NCBI GenBank assembly: GCA_965153285.1
Contig: OZ229115.1
Direction: 5' to 3' (one strand)
From: Podarcis tiliguerta
Taxonomy: Eukaryota
DNA: 64,000 bases
Positions 1-13,662 of this stretch are shown one piece after another. The notes under the pieces are model-generated. The model worked only from the letters and a program-made list of their open reading frames with translations, was not told where the DNA came from and did no database searches. Each line of letters starts with the position of its first letter. The first letter of the stretch is position 1. Made by a program: the position numbers and the translations under genes.

Positions 1-377
1 GAGCCCAGTCCTTGCTTCATTTTGTCTCTCCAGACAATAGTTGGGTTGGGTGGGTGTGCTTTTCCACTGATTTCATTTGGAACATCACCGAGAAGTCAGT
101 GCTAATGGACTTCTCTCAACAATCCACCTTAGATGTCTAGAAAGAGACTTAGCTGTGAGTGTGAATCTGTCTCACTTAGCAAAATGTCAAAACATGGCCA
201 AGATGTGTCATAAGGAGGGACTGTTACAAACAATTTCTTTAAAGACGATGACATTTTGAGGCCTCTTTGCATTAAACACTGTTTGTAAGTGAAAGAAAGC
301 AGACTGGTACTTTGCTGACATTAAATATACAGTATACGGTATATACACAGAGGAGCCCATATTATTAGTCTGTAATT

Positions 378-497
378 AGCCTTCCCCAACCTGGTGCCCT
401 GAACTCCCATGAGCCACAGACAGCATGGCCAGTGGTCAAGGATAATGGGAGTTATAGTCCAAAACATTTTGGTGGGCACAAGGCTGTGGAAGGCTGG
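378..497. mobile_element. short hAT/Charlie-like MITE (family also at ~12150-12260, 12649-12750, 20406-20522, 24960-25075, 41085-41195)
   Basis: Recurring core GGACTACAACTCCCATCA / TGATGGGAGTTGTAGTCC with CCCAACCTG-like ends; boundaries approximate. Confidence 0.6.
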
Positions 498-1885
498 TCT
501 AAATGCTTTATCAGAATTACAGTCTTATCTCTAGTCTTGTTTATCTGGTTCATTCTGTCCTGTGGGAAATATTCAGAGGACTCCAGGCAAATGCTGCAAT
601 CTTACACACATTTACTTTGGAATTAGCTCTGGCGAAGAACTTCTGTGTAAAAATGCAAAAGGATCAAGCTGTTAATTACATATTTCCTGTTCAGCACCCA
701 CTCTGCCCAGTACAGTCCATGTAAATGACACTAGATTGGTCCAAGGATTCTATTATATGAGTGTTCCTCAAATCTAGTTTTCCTGAACTCAAAGGTGTGT
801 TTAGCCTTTCAAATACTTTGACAGGATGGCATCCTTCCTACGTCTCCCTGCTGTTCTTCAGAAGACAGCTTAACCTGAAATATTTTTCTTCCTGCATATG
901 TAATACGACGGTTGCAATTGTCACTGTGCTTGCGTGTTTGGGCGACTGCATTAAAATTGTAGAGCATATAATTTGTGATGTTGTGCACTGAAAAGAAAGC
1001 TGCTCAGGCTGCAATCAGCATGGGATTTGTGGCTTTTGGGGATTTATGGCTTGTCTCGTGAAAAATAAATTGCACTTGGCAGTGAGATATAAATTCTGAT
1101 GCTGTTAAGACACTGTTCTGCTCTTTCCTTTTGACGGAATAGGAAAAGGATTTAAATTCCTGTTGGCTGAAGACATCAGCCTCATGTGCCCCCGACATCT
1201 GAATAGACTCTCTTGGCGTATATTAAACGTTGGGCTGCGTTAACGAGCTTGCAGATTGCGCTACAATTACACTTTCAGCATTTTTTTTAAAAAAAAGCTA
1301 CAATGACAGCTTTTTGTAGGCTGAGATTTCTGTCTTTGCAGGCAAAGCCTCTGGCCTTTGAGAGCTGCATAACAGGCAAAGTTCAGCTAAAGGGTTAACC
1401 TTTCTAAAAGTCTGCTGGAAAGCTTTATATTATACCTAAAGGGGATTGACACATGATTACACCTATCCCAGTGCTTCTCAGGCAGTGGGTCACGACCCAC
1501 CAGTGGGCCTGGGGGTACTTCCAGATGGGCCTTAGCACCACAGATTCCTCCTCCCCACCCCAACCCCCCACTGTTATCCCTGTGCCTTAACAGTTTGTTT
1601 AGATGCACCAGCAAATCCTTACATGCTGAGTAAAGGGGGCCAAGAGATAAGTTCAGGTAGGGGGAAGAGGGAAGGAAAGTTTCCCTCCTCTGCAGTAGAG
1701 AAGCCAGAGGACATGTGGAAGGAAATTAGAAAGTGAGAAACGAGATCACCATTCGTTATTGTTGCTGATGTTGTTAAATAAATAAAATGGGAATAGAAAA
1801 GGAGGAGATAAGTGGAAAGCGATTATAAGAGGGACAAGTGACTATAAAAGAACCAGGGAGAAGGAAAGAAAGTTAAGGTTAAGGA

Positions 1886-2089
1886 TATAAGAAGCACCTG
1901 CTGGATCAGGCCAAAGGCCCATCTAGTCCAGTATCCTGCTCTCACAGCGGCCAACCAGATACCCGTGGGAAGCCTCCAAGCAGGATCTGAACACAACAGC
2001 ACTCTTCCCTCCTGCATTTTCCAGCAACTGGTATTCAGAAGCATATTGCTTCTGACAGTGGAGGTAGAACATGGCTACTATGGCTAGTA
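1886..2089 (-). mobile_element. CR1 LINE 3'-end fragment
   Basis: ATAAGAAGCACCTGCTGGATCAGGCCAAAGGCCCATCTAGTCCAG is the reverse complement of the squamate CR1 terminus; paralogous copy at 6443. Confidence 0.75.
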
Positions 2090-2332
2090 CAGTGATACCT
2101 TGGTTGTCAAACGGCTTGGCTCCCGAACAAATCGGCTCCTGAACGTCACAAACCCGGAAGTAAGTGTTCCGGTTTGCAAACGTTTTTTGGAAGCCGAACG
2201 TCTCACTCAGCTTCCGTGGCCTCCTATTGAGTGCAGGAAGCTCCTGCAGCCAATCAGAAGCCGCATCTTGGTTTTTGAACGGTTCCAGGAGTCTAATAGA
2301 ATGGATTAAGTTCAACAACCAAGGTACCACTG
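2090..2332. mobile_element. Tc1/mariner (Tigger/pogo-like) MITE
   Basis: TIRs CAGTGATACCTTGGTTGTCAAAC / GTTCAACAACCAAGGTACCACTG; TA duplication at 2088-2089 and 2333-2334. Confidence 0.88.
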
Positions 2333-5300
2333 TAGTCATGGATAAGGGGTTGGAGTGGGGGAGAACATAAGGTACAAGCAGTGAGAAGGGGAGAAGAAAT
2401 TACAGGATATGGGTAAAAATACTTTGAGAGGCATGCGGAAGGGAAAGGTCATTTATCTCCGTGTTGAGGCCCTGAATCAGCAAATTCTGCCTAAAATGGG
2501 GAGGCTGAGTCTCAACATCTCCAGAGCAAATGTCGGTACTTAGCATGATGAAAGCTGAGCTATGGAATTCCTTGCCACAAGGAAGGAACTTTAGCAATTT
2601 CCAAAGATGGATTAGATATCAGTAGAAGCTGTTATCAGTAATTGCCAGCTGATTATGCCAGTCTCTGCCTCCATCTTGTCATTGGCTTAGCCCTTGAATC
2701 ACCACTTTGTGACTGGCGGGCCTTAAGTAATTTTCAGCCATTTCAAATGGATCTTGTGCGTAGAGAATTTGAGAACCACTGATCACTAAAATAGAACCAT
2801 TTGGGGGGGGGGTACTAATCAAGGTGGCTTTTGCATTCCAACAACAAATGCTAGAATTCTTCACTCCTGCTGTGACTTCTGTTCTTGCTGAATTTCACAT
2901 TGGTTCATTTGAGTTTCTCTGTTGGTCTGTCTCCCCTGACTTAGCATCTTTCTTTTGAGGACTGTGCCTCCTGTTTGCTGTGAACTAAGATATGTGTGTG
3001 TGCACTGAAAGGGCGGAATCTGACAGCAATCATGATAAGGAGCCCAATATTCTAGTTCTTTCTGCAAATTCAAGCTTGGGTTACATATTACATGAAAGTT
3101 AGCCCCAGGATTGACAGCTGCAGAGATTACTGCCTGCCCTGGATAGTGCCTTAAACAAAGCCTTTGTACCTTGGCAAATTGGGGTGGGGGTGGGGGACTG
3201 GGAAGGGGAATACAGCCAGTCAAATCTACTCATCTACTTGGCAGGCATTCTGCTGTCAGCCTATTTGAATCTCCAGCTTTAATAAAGACATCCAGAGTTC
3301 TCTGCACTTCTGCATTTCGGAGTGGGGGAATGAAGAATAGTTTGATTTTCTTTCCTCAGGACAAATAGATGTATGTGGTGGGATTTGGGGGGTCCTATCA
3401 AAATAGCCTGGGCAGAAGATGTGGATCCCACATAACTGGATGCAAGGCATCCATCCGGCCTCAGTACTTGGACTGAGATAGTTCTTATAAGTTGCCATTC
3501 TGTACATGAATTCCCACCCCCCACCGGTGGGGGTTTCTTTGGCTTGATTTATTTATTATAAATTATAATGTAACTGCATGGACAAAGAATAACCTGCCAC
3601 TGACAGAGCACAGCTCAGTGGTTATCCATGAGATGCTAAAGTTCAACAGAGAGGCCCATTACTAATCATATCAACCAGCTCTGACCCCACATCACCTTCC
3701 GTGTCTGTAATAATTATTTTTCCCCTGTAAGACTTTCTACTTCTTTTGCCCTAGATTCCATCTCCAGAAATAGATTTCTCTGGAAGTAGGCAGGGGATTG
3801 TGCAGTTGGCATGTGTGGTTTGTGGGTAGGTGAGCACTCATTTGCAAGGCGACCTTTTTGATTAATTCTGTCTCCAGTATTTGTGTGGGAGAAAGGGAGG
3901 CAGGGAGTGTTAACACAGAGTGTATATTGGTATAGATAAAGAAGAGCTGGTTCTATTATAGCTATGTACCTGTGAGAGCAAGATGTATATTCCGCCCATG
4001 TTCTCTACATGCATCAAATTTATTTCTCCGGACCAAGGGGTTTATTGTATAATGTACAGGCAAGTTTCCCCACATCCGGGTCGATAAACAGAGGCAAGCT
4101 GTGATTTGTTAGTGAGTGAAGGCTGCAAATCAGTAGGCCCTGTCTAGGAATGCTTCTCCTGTAATGTAGCCTAAATATTTCTATGCTTTGGCAATGCCTT
4201 ATCTGTGTACCATTTAAAGTACACAGAACCCTTTAGGAAAGGAGTGGGGAACCTCAGGACCAAATGTGCCCCTCCAGGCTTCTTTACACAGCCTTCAGCC
4301 TTCTCCCCTGGCCACTAGGCTCAACAGCCCTGCTCTTCACCCTCCTCGAGTGCTTTTGCATGGCTGGAATGTGAACGATGGTAATGTCTCTTGCTTGCGC
4401 AGATGGAGGAGGATGGTGCATTGGCTTGTGTGTGTACAAACTTCTGGCTTTTGCATGGCTGGAAGTTAGCTTAGTCTACAGTGTTAATAAGGGTCACACC
4501 CTTTGCTCTGGCCATTCCCATTTTGTCTCTAGCCCTGCCCATCACTGGCACGCAGACACCAGAAGGTGACCCCGTGTGCTGAAACAGGTTTCCTACTGTG
4601 CCTTATGAAAACAGTAATTTACAGACAACAGTATCTATTGTGCTCATAGGACTAGTTCGAACCAATGGAAACCTCCAGCTTTGGCAAGGATTGTAAAGCA
4701 TTTTGTGCAAATCTAAATACCTGCATAAATGATGAAATGATGATGATGATGTCTTATTGTTCTGGGATGAAGCCTGCCTGATTGTGGTTGATATAGTGGC
4801 CAATAATTCTACTAAGGTGGGAGGTGAGGACCACAGTGTGGGAAATTGTGTCCTGGTTCAAAAGAGCAGGTTCTTATGGTTGGCTGGTTTTTGTTTTAAT
4901 CACTGTGACCCTTGCTTCCATCCACACATAAGGCAGGGGCTTCTACTGTAAAATAGCATTAGCTAGGACACATGGGCATATCCAGGACTTTTGTTGGGGT
5001 GGGGGCAGGCTTTTGTTACGAGGGTAGAACCTCAGATTTGTATTGGTTTTTAATTTATTTAGGAGGGCAGTTGCCCGTCCCCCATTGGCCACACCCTTGA
5101 TAGACACCTAAGTTAGGCAAGACTTGTTTGTTATACAATAAATAAAGCAATAAAATTCCCATATGAATGTGGGAAAGCAGATGTACCCAGAGGCTTTGTA
5201 GAGCACTTCATGCATGTGCCAGTTCTGGCATTCAAAATCTATGTGCCAGATCTCCAAAATTCTGAGACGGAGTTAAAAACCCAACACTCCAAAAATGTTT

Positions 5301-6442
5301 TGTGTTGTCAGGGGTGGGTTTTGTTTTTGTTTGTTTTTTGTTGTTGTTTGTTTTTTAGAGTAATGTATGGGTTCCACAAGCACAAGGGTTGCGCAGACAC
5401 TTAATATTGACTTGTGTTGACTTATTCTAATTTTGGCACATGTCAGCTGTGTCTTAGCAGTCGCTTTGGCATGCATCTTCTGTTTTGCTGTGAAATTATC
5501 TCATATGCATTCCAATCTCTTGTCTCCAGCCTGCACTGCCTTCTGACCATCTGGTTGCCTAATGTTACTCAACTGGTCTGTTACGTTACCCTTGTGGTGC
5601 CAAATGTCTTTGAAGTAACTAGAAATCTCCCAACCCGTATAGAAAAGAACTAGGAGCTGGTGTTGTGGGGTCTGAGAATCACATGCATCTGGGTATTTGC
5701 TGTTACATTTAAAGCATTAAAGTTGTGATCCTGGGTGTAAGTCTCATAGAACCTGATGTTACTCGCTTCTGAGCAGACCTGCATAGCATTGTAGTGTAAG
5801 GTTTTCTTTTGTTTTTAAAGAGCGACTCAGTGCTCTCTTCTGTACACAGCAAATTGAGATTTCCTTCATCTGCCTGATATTTGGAAAGGTGGGAGCAGAA
5901 ATATCCTAAGAAATACTGGCAAGACTGGCAGCCCTTTCTAAAGATGCCTGTATTAATTTTGTGTTTAAAATGATGCCTTGGGGTATAGTGCAACTTAAAT
6001 GTAAATTGTATGTCCCAGATTTGTATTCAGTTTGTTCTGAGATTTTTTTTTTAATTAACAATATATCTTGGATTAAAGTCAGGTGAGACTTTTCTTACAT
6101 CAATTCATTCTTTTGTGAAGGTGGGAAATGAAATGATGACATGTATCGATGGAATTATATGATGATCTTGCTACAGCAACTGAAGTCTTGCTATATCTGC
6201 TAAAGGGCGAGAATCACCTAACCAGCCCCCTTAGTGGAAACCCTGCACAAGGACTTCCACTTGCACAAAAGGGCTTCTCCCTCTCTCCTTTCCCTATGCA
6301 CCCCCTGGAATTGGTTTAGGGAAGGGGGTCTGGAGGACCCCCAGAACAGCGTGTAGAGGAGTCATTCTACCTGGCAGGCTGCAGTGCTTTCACAGATGGA
6401 ATGTTTGGAAGAGCGCAACATTGAGTTCTGCCCAAAGCTTTT

Positions 6443-6733
6443 AACATAAGAAGAGCCTGTTGGATCAGGCCAAAAAGGCTCATCTGGCCCAGCATCCTGT
6501 TCTCACAGTGGCCAACCTATAGGAAGCCAATAAAAAAAGCAGGACATGAGTGAAACAGCCCTCTCTCCAAAAGCAATTCCCAGCAACTGTTACTCAGAGG
6601 CATACTGCCTATGACAGCGGAGGTAGAATGTAGCAATCTTGGCTAGTAGTGGCTAGGAATTTGTCCAATCCTCTTTGAAAGCTATCCAGTCTTGTGGGAA
6701 CCAATTCCATAGTTTAACTATGTGCCGTGTGAA
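6443..6733 (-). mobile_element. CR1 LINE 3'-end fragment
   Basis: AACATAAGAAGAGCCTGTTGGATCAGGCC...; aligns by eye with 1886-2089. Confidence 0.75.
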
Positions 6734-6749
6734 CACATAGTTCAGAAGA

Positions 6750-6886
6750 AGTGCTATTTTTCGAGAAAAAGAGGTGCCGGAACTCACCATGAATGCCTCC
6801 ATCGTTCTCTTATAATGGCAATGGCACCCAAATGAAAAATGCCAGAACTAAGTTCTAATGAGTTCCGGCTGGGGGGAAAACCCTGG
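6750..6886. mobile_element. short non-autonomous DNA transposon (MITE)
   Basis: Ends AGTGCTATTTTT / GAAAACCCTG with inverted subterminal CCGGAACTCA / TGAGTTCCGG. Confidence 0.55.
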
Positions 6887-8412
6887 CTACTGCTACAGAA
6901 GAGGAGGCTTCTATCAAGGACACCTTGATCAAGGATGCCCCCCCCCCAACATGGCCAGCTGGCCCATGAGCTGGGGTGAGGTAGTCACCTCAGGCAGCAG
7001 AGGCCCAGGAAGTGGAGTGCCCACAGACAACCCATCTGCCCTACCACTGGTGGGGTAGCAGCAGCAGCAGCAATAGCACTGGCTTCCAGCAAAAGATCTT
7101 GCCAGAACCCACCACCACTGCTTCACAGGCACTGCCATGTAACCCAGGTAAGGGAGGTGGAGGCAGTAGCACCTCAGACGGCAAAACAGGATGCGCTACC
7201 CCTGCCTCCCCAAGCCCTGGAGTCAGCACTAGAGATAGTGGTTGCTGTGCTGATCCCAAAGAATAAGGGTTTAACTGTACTCTTGAGTTCCACATAACTC
7301 TTCAATGGACAGAAGCACTGGTGATAAAACTCGGTCTGGAAAGTTCTATGATCCATGAAAGCACTCACACTCCTATTCAATTTGAGTTTCCCTGTTAAAT
7401 ATAACTTTCTCTAACTTGGATCGATGTATTTCAGCCTACTCTTATTATGAGTCATGATCACAGAGTGTCTTACACCGTACAACTGACTATATTGATCACA
7501 GAATGGTGTCACCCACGGAAGCACAACAGAGATGTTCTTACCTTCACCCCAACTCATCTTCAGATCCTTTCCCACATTGTGCTGTAAAAAGTGAGCAGTG
7601 ATTCACCACAGATGCTCGGACAGCAAAATCTAGAACATGCGTGCTTTGTCTTCGGGGCATGCAAGGATATTGCACTGCAATAAAAGCATGAAAAGTGTCT
7701 CTGATATACTTCCAAGCATGTGGGCCAAACCTAAAACTGATCACACAAGGCAAGAAATAAAATGTTGAACAACCATTATCTTCCATACTGGCATGAAGGA
7801 GGGGGGATGTATATTTTCAGAGATAATACTGGCATAACAGCAATGGGAGAGGCAGTATATGTTTATCTAGTACGGAGTCAGGGGAAATGGTTATGCTTAA
7901 AAGTACTCATAAACCAAGAGGATGGAATTTGAGATAAAAATATTTTAACCAACAGGAATTCCCCTGTTGGTTAAAATATTTATTATTGATTTTTGTTGAT
8001 TACTTATTGTTAGGGTACAAGAGCAGGCAGAAGCCTTGCATAGCAAATGGAGCTGATACGTAAAAGCGCATGCTGCAAAGAGCAGGCTAGATCTACACTC
8101 TGAACCTGGTTTGATGGAGAAATCATAACCCTAGCAAATCCCATGAAAGTCTGTCCTCATCAAGACCGATATTCTACTAGCATCATTTCTGATGTGTCCT
8201 GGTTGGACAATACATGTTCTGAAAGTTGCATCCTGCTTATCACCACCAAGTGTTACCTTTTTGCATTTCCACCATCTTTCTGTTTGCTCTAGCTATCAAA
8301 GCTGGTGAGCTCTATCCTGTTTGAAAGGGGTCATGTCTCAAGAATGGCAAAGCTATTTGGCAGTGACCTTGGATACCTTAAACTGGTGGCATTTGCACAG
8401 TTAGCCAAAGAA

Positions 8413-8566
8413 CATGGAATCATGAAATTGTAGAGTTGGAAGTGACCTGAGTGTCAAATAGTCCAACCCCTGCAATGCAGGAATCCAGCCCAGAGCCATC
8501 CCTGGATGGGCTCGAACCACCAATCTTCTGGTTAACAACCAGACACACTGACCTATTGCACTACAT
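8413..8566 (-). mobile_element. tRNA-Asn-headed SINE with CR1-type tail
   Basis: Reverse complement reads ...GTTGTTAACCAGAAGATTGGTGGTTCGAGCCCATCCAGGGATG (tRNA-Asn GTT-like), then ATTCCTGCATTGCAGGGGTTGGACTA...TTCCAACTCTACAATTTCATGATTCCATG. Confidence 0.72.
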
Positions 8567-8594
8567 GTGAGGAAAGGAAGCAGGAGACTGTGTG

Positions 8595-8725
8595 GATAGG
8601 ACTCGGTTGACTGTAACTGACTAAGCCATACTCTGAGTAGACCCAGTGTAATCGATGGACTTAAGTTAGTCAAGCCCATTGATCTCAATGGATGTACCCT
8701 GAATATGACTTTGTCAGCTACGTCC
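8595..8725. repeat. short palindromic interspersed repeat (related copies at ~18990-19085; shorter family at ~11447-11522, 25850-25922, 38805-38895, 62107-62180)
   Basis: CATACTCTGAGTAGACCCAGTG ... CAATGGATGTACCCTGAATATG imperfect inverted arms. Confidence 0.55.
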
Positions 8726-8847
8726 TCATGTGAATTGGCCAGCACAATGGCATGCAAGTCGTAGGGAACAAGCTGCCCACTCTATGCTCAGAATAGTTAC
8801 AATAACCCACACAGTCTGTAAAGAAGAACATGATTATTCTGAGCATT

Positions 8848-9043
8848 TAGGAATTTGGGAAGCTGCCTTTTGCAGAGTTAAGACCATTGGTCCTTGAGCA
8901 CAATATTGTTGTCATTGACTGACCCTAGGTCCCCATAGTTTGAGAGAGGGACATTCCTGGCCATAGCTGGAGATGCTGGGCATGGAACCTGGAATCTTCT
9001 GCATGCAAGGCAGACAAACTGTTACTGACCTACAGCCCTTCCA
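8848..9043 (-). mobile_element. tRNA-Ala-headed SINE
   Basis: Reverse complement reads GGAAGGGCTGTAGGTCAGT...CTGCCTTGCATGCAGAAGATTCCAGGTTCC...GGACCAATGGTC...GGCAGCTTCC; second copy at about 52055. Confidence 0.65.
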
Positions 9044-12000
9044 TAAAGAATTAGTTTACACAAAAGATATCAACAAGAATCACTGATACTATCCTTCTCT
9101 AAATGCGTTCCCCTTTAAATATCTGTACAATAGGTGTTTGTACAGCTCCTGAGATTATTAATCATTTTTTCATTGGCAGAAAAGAATGGAATTCATGTTT
9201 TTTCATTTTCTTCAGAGGCTCAAAGGACAGTATAATCATTCTAGATGGCTCAGCCCATGCTCCAAACTGATATATTCTCATCCATAACAATAATAGGATT
9301 ATTGGATCCCAACCAAGAATTTATATCTTGCTATTTAATTTTTCAACATGAGGTCAGATTGATTAATGTATATTAGACGCACGGATGGAATCTTGAGACA
9401 GTCCAAGGAACAAATTCTGAGTGCTTGTCTTGAAAGAGACTCGATAGTCTCTCCACTGTGTGCTGATCTCCTTCCCTTTAAAAGTCAGCTCTCACACATC
9501 TCTGCAGAGCAGTAGTGCATCAGTGAATCATAAATAAATTACAGAACTAACTAGCTATTTTTTAAGAGCATGCAGTTTAGGTAATGCATATGCTTCCTCC
9601 CTAATCCAGCTGAAGGAACGAGATTGATTGTCAAGCCCACTTGACAGCATCTGGAAAAACCATCTTCATTGGTCATGTTTCTGTCTGAGATGTTCAGTTC
9701 TGCTCCATCAGCCGTTTGAAGAAGGCATTTGGTATATGCTTGATTACGAGGTCATTTCACCCATTGGATCCCTCCCTAAGTTTCATCAGAAGGTTAGATG
9801 TGACTTCCAAGCTCAGCAAGGTCATGTGCCAGCTCATGGATTAAATAAATGTAGTAGAAACCACAAGAATGGCAAGAGTATTTATGAGAGGTGCACATTT
9901 GCTCTGTGTGCACTCTGAATTACAAGGCAAATGGGCTGATCGGATGACATTTCCACCTGCCTGAGTCAAAGTGTGCCTTTCAGCAAGATGCCTCAAGTCA
10001 GTTCAGGGACTCTCTCAAGTTGTTCTGTGGTCTCAGGCGTCCAAAAAATCCTGAATTTTGTCACTTAGAATAAAGCTGCATGTTTTTTTAAAGCAAAACC
10101 AAGCTGGTGAATGAAATGCTGAGCTTGAGTGGAGAGATCTTTTGTTTTGATGGACAGCTCTAGGTTTTCATTGCAGTGAATTGTTTCCCCGTGGCATACC
10201 AATTACTGTGATTTGGGAAATAGATGTTCTGCCTGGGAAAAGCAGGGCGTGCAGAAGAGCAGTGGACTATTGGCATCCTTCTCAAAATCACTTTCCCCCC
10301 TAACAATTAAAATCAGTAGTTCACCTTGTTTTTACACTGCTTATATTTTCTCCCCCATTTGTGTTAATCTGGTTCTTAGTCTGCAGACTTTTAGGAGAGA
10401 TCAGCATAGGGTCACTCCACTTTCCCTCTCCCTCAGTTCAGTTGTAGAGCTTTTTGTGTAACTAGTTTCTTTTTATTCTAATCTCTTTCTGTTTTCCAAC
10501 AAACACCTACTTCATTTTTCATGCCATTTGTTTTCTCTTATTTTTCCTTAGGTTTGTTGTGCAAACTTCTCGCGAGTCCCCACATCTCTTTGTGTGCATG
10601 TGTTTTTCTTTCCACCCTCACCCCCAGTTACTTGCTCAAAGTTTTATACTCCTCTCTTCATTTTAGGGTACCTGTAATTTCGCTGTGTTGCATTATTGCT
10701 GTCCGGTATTAATATTTTTTTATTAAAGTTTTCTCCCGCTTTTAAGTTTGGTGCTCTTTCCCCACTTAAGTAAGCCTGCTTGTCCCTTAAAGTAAGCTCC
10801 CATTTGCATTGCTCATTGCCAGCCTATTATTGCCCATAAAACGCATGGGGAGGTTAAGTGGTTTCTATTTTATCCACCCCAAAATAGAAAAGTCTTGTCC
10901 TTGCAGGAGAACCACTCCACCTATAACATGCTTCATCTCTTGAAATAAAAATTTAAAAGACATTGAAATACACTCACAACAGTGGACTAATTTATGTAAA
11001 ATATATTGCAGCCATAGTGAAAAATGTATGCTTATCTGATTTAAACAAGAAGACATAGCTGAAACAGATAATCTAAAAGCAGAACATTATCGGGATATGT
11101 TGCATTTTATTTCTGCAGCACAATATAAAGTATGCTTTATACTGCAAGCAGCTCTAAATTTATCTTAATGGGCCTTTTAGTTATACATATAAAACCACCT
11201 ATCATTTTACTTGCATATAGAGTACTTTACTTGAAACCTACAGTGCAAACCAATTGCTGACAGTTCAATGACCACTTGCCACATTTCTCTTATATAACTC
11301 TTTCCATTTTGACAACATGCCCACTATTTTAAATTTATTATTGTAATGTTTCCTCCATGGAGATCTTCTTGATACTCAAGAGCTTTTGGAAAACAACCCC
11401 TCCCCTTTTCCAAAGTCAAGGAGTCTGTGCTTTCAAAGCAAGCATGGAATCCTACTTGGACACAAGGCCCACTGAAAACTGTAGGACTTGCTTCTGAGTA
11501 AACATGCGTAAGATCAAGCTGTACCAGAGAGCTGAAGAAATATCCAGTCTAGAAACATGTGTTTGATTCTGCTTTCAGTGTGCCTGTTCTGGATGCTAAG
11601 GCACTACGGTTCCATTGAAAAATAAGTCAGCTTTTGTGAATGTTCTATAGTTCACTGTGCAAGCACGGAATTTTGGATCAGACTATAAACTGCTTATATG
11701 TAGGACCTTATAAAAGGCCATTATTCTTTCCAAGTTTTTGTTGTTATGGTTACAAAGACAGGGAAAATGCGGGCAGAATTCTCATGATAGCTAAGTGCCT
11801 TTCTAAGCCTTGAAAGAGGAACCTCCACATACAGAGGCAGTATAGGTATATCTGAATGTCACATGCAGAAACAAACAACAGAGGCTGGGCTCAATTTGAA
11901 AGCATCCAGAGCCATTGGGTTGACTTCAGCTGGAAACAAAACACTGTACTTGGTGGTCCTTGGACAGAGCAAGGCAATTTGTATTTTCTTCCTCTTATTG

Positions 12001-12791
12001 CCTTGCTTATTTGGAGAGTCACCTAGAAAAGCATTTTTGTTTCCAGCTGAAACTAACTCAGTGCCTCTGGATGCTCATTAAGTGAACCGCTGTAGGTTTT
12101 CAGGGTCTGGCTTACTCCCCACTCCCCTCAATCCTTCCTTTCCTTAGCAGAGAGATGGCTAACCTGTGGCCCTCCCAGCTGTTGTCCATCATCCTTGGCC
12201 ACAGGCTATGCTGACTAGAGCTGATGGGAGCTGAAAATTCAGTGGGTCAGCCTCCCCAGCCCTACTATGGTATGTATCCAGCATGTTTACTCACGAACTG
12301 TCTGAAGAGATGCCTGGCATTGTTAAGGCAGCAGGGACTGAAGGTTTCTTGTTCATTCATTCTATTTTTAACACTCTCTTTCTCCCCGGAGGTCAAGGTG
12401 CCTGTGTGGCTTCCCTTAACTCACTGTAATAGCCTTGTGCAGTAGATGTTGACTTGCCCAAGGTCATACTGAATGCTCTGACGTTTTAGAGGCCAGATTT
12501 GTATACCTGCCCCCACAATATTTCATTTCTTAAAATGTATACATGGCTTGACTTGGTTTGTGGTTTTTTGTTTTTGTTTTTTAAAAAAGAGCCCTCAAAG
12601 CAGTTTGCAAAAAGAATCCAGCAGTAATCTTCTGCCTTGTTGGTAAAACAGGGGTTGCCAAGGTGGCGGCCAGATGTTGATGGACTACAACTTCCATCCT
12701 CTCTAACCACTGGCCTTGCTGGCCGAGGCTGATGGAAGTGGGAGTCTCATCAAGTGAGGAGCACTCTATTGCACTCCCATTCCTTCTTCAT

Positions 12792-12872
12792 GGTTTCCTA
12801 TAAGTAACTTGCTCACCAAGGTGAGAATAAGATGCTGGCCCACATGGGCCTTTGGCCTGATCCAGCAGGGCT
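12792..12872 (+). mobile_element. short CR1 3'-end fragment
   Basis: GATGCTGGCCCACATGGGCCTTTGGCCTGATCCAGCAGGGCT, reverse complement of the 1886/6443 copies. Confidence 0.6.
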
Positions 12873-13113
12873 TTGGGGTCCAATGATCTGGAGGGTCACA
12901 GGCTCCCTACTCCTGCCATAAACTCCAGAGATAAACTGCTAGTATAAAAGTATTTAAATAATGATAGCCTCAAGCTATACCAAGGAAGGGGCAACCACAG
13001 GGCACAAAACTGTGCCTGAAATTTAATCCACGCAGAGCTGAGGCCAATTAGACTCACCGGCATTGGGGACAATGAAGCTGGCACCATCCTCTGCCCTTGG
13101 TTTTGATGGAAAA

Positions 13114-13662
13114 CAGGGGTGCCAACTTGAATAAAATATTGGGGGGGGGCAGATAAGCCCCACTCTGTATGATCAATCACAAAATGTGGTGTGCACACAC
13201 CATTTTAATGGCAATACCAGGTGGCGCTGTGGGTTAAACCACAGAGCCTGGGACTTGCCGATCAGAAGGTTGGCGGTTCAAATCCCTGCGACGGGGTGAG
13301 CTCCCGTTGCTCGGTCCCTGCTCCTGCCAACCTAGCAGTCCAAAAGCACGTCAAAGTGCAAGTAGATAAATAGGTAGATAAATACCTCTCTCTGGCGGGA
13401 AGGTAAATGGCGTTTCCGTGCGCTGCTCTGGTTCGCCAGAAGCGGCTTAGTCATGCTGGCCACATGACCCAGAAGCTGTACGCCGGCTCCCTAGGCCAAT
13501 AAAGCGAGATGAGCGCCGCAACCCCAGAGTCGGTCACGACTGGACCTAATGGTCAGGGGTCCCTTTACCTTTACCCATAAACTCGGGGTGGGGGGGCTGG
13601 CCCCTCAAATACTTTATGGGAAGGGTCAGTGGGATCTCAGCTCCCACGAGTTGGCTCCTAGG
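13114..13662. mobile_element. hAT-type MITE interrupted by the Sauria SINE
   Basis: Imperfect TIRs CAGGGGTGCCAACT / AGTTGGCTCCTAGG; 8-bp flanking duplication GATGGAAA (13105-13112 and 13662-13669; exact ends uncertain by 1 nt). Confidence 0.75.
13220..13575 (+). mobile_element. Sauria SINE (Squam1-type), near full length
   Basis: tRNA-like head with A box (GGTGGCGCTGTGGG) and B box (GGTTCAAATCC), body GCAAGTAGATAAATAGGTA...GCTGGCCACATGACC, (ACCTTT)n tail; many CpGs retained. Confidence 0.92.

Noticed and set aside
1923-2370. ORFs 1923..2339, 2100..2309 and 2164..2370
   Set aside because: They span a non-coding MITE/CR1 junction; no transposase motifs
1-13100. Search for upstream long-isoform DLGAP4 exons
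   Set aside because: No DLGAP-like peptide seen; 'SLHSLQPSP' in ORF 4266..4469 lies in a repeat-like segment. The exons are presumably upstream of the window.
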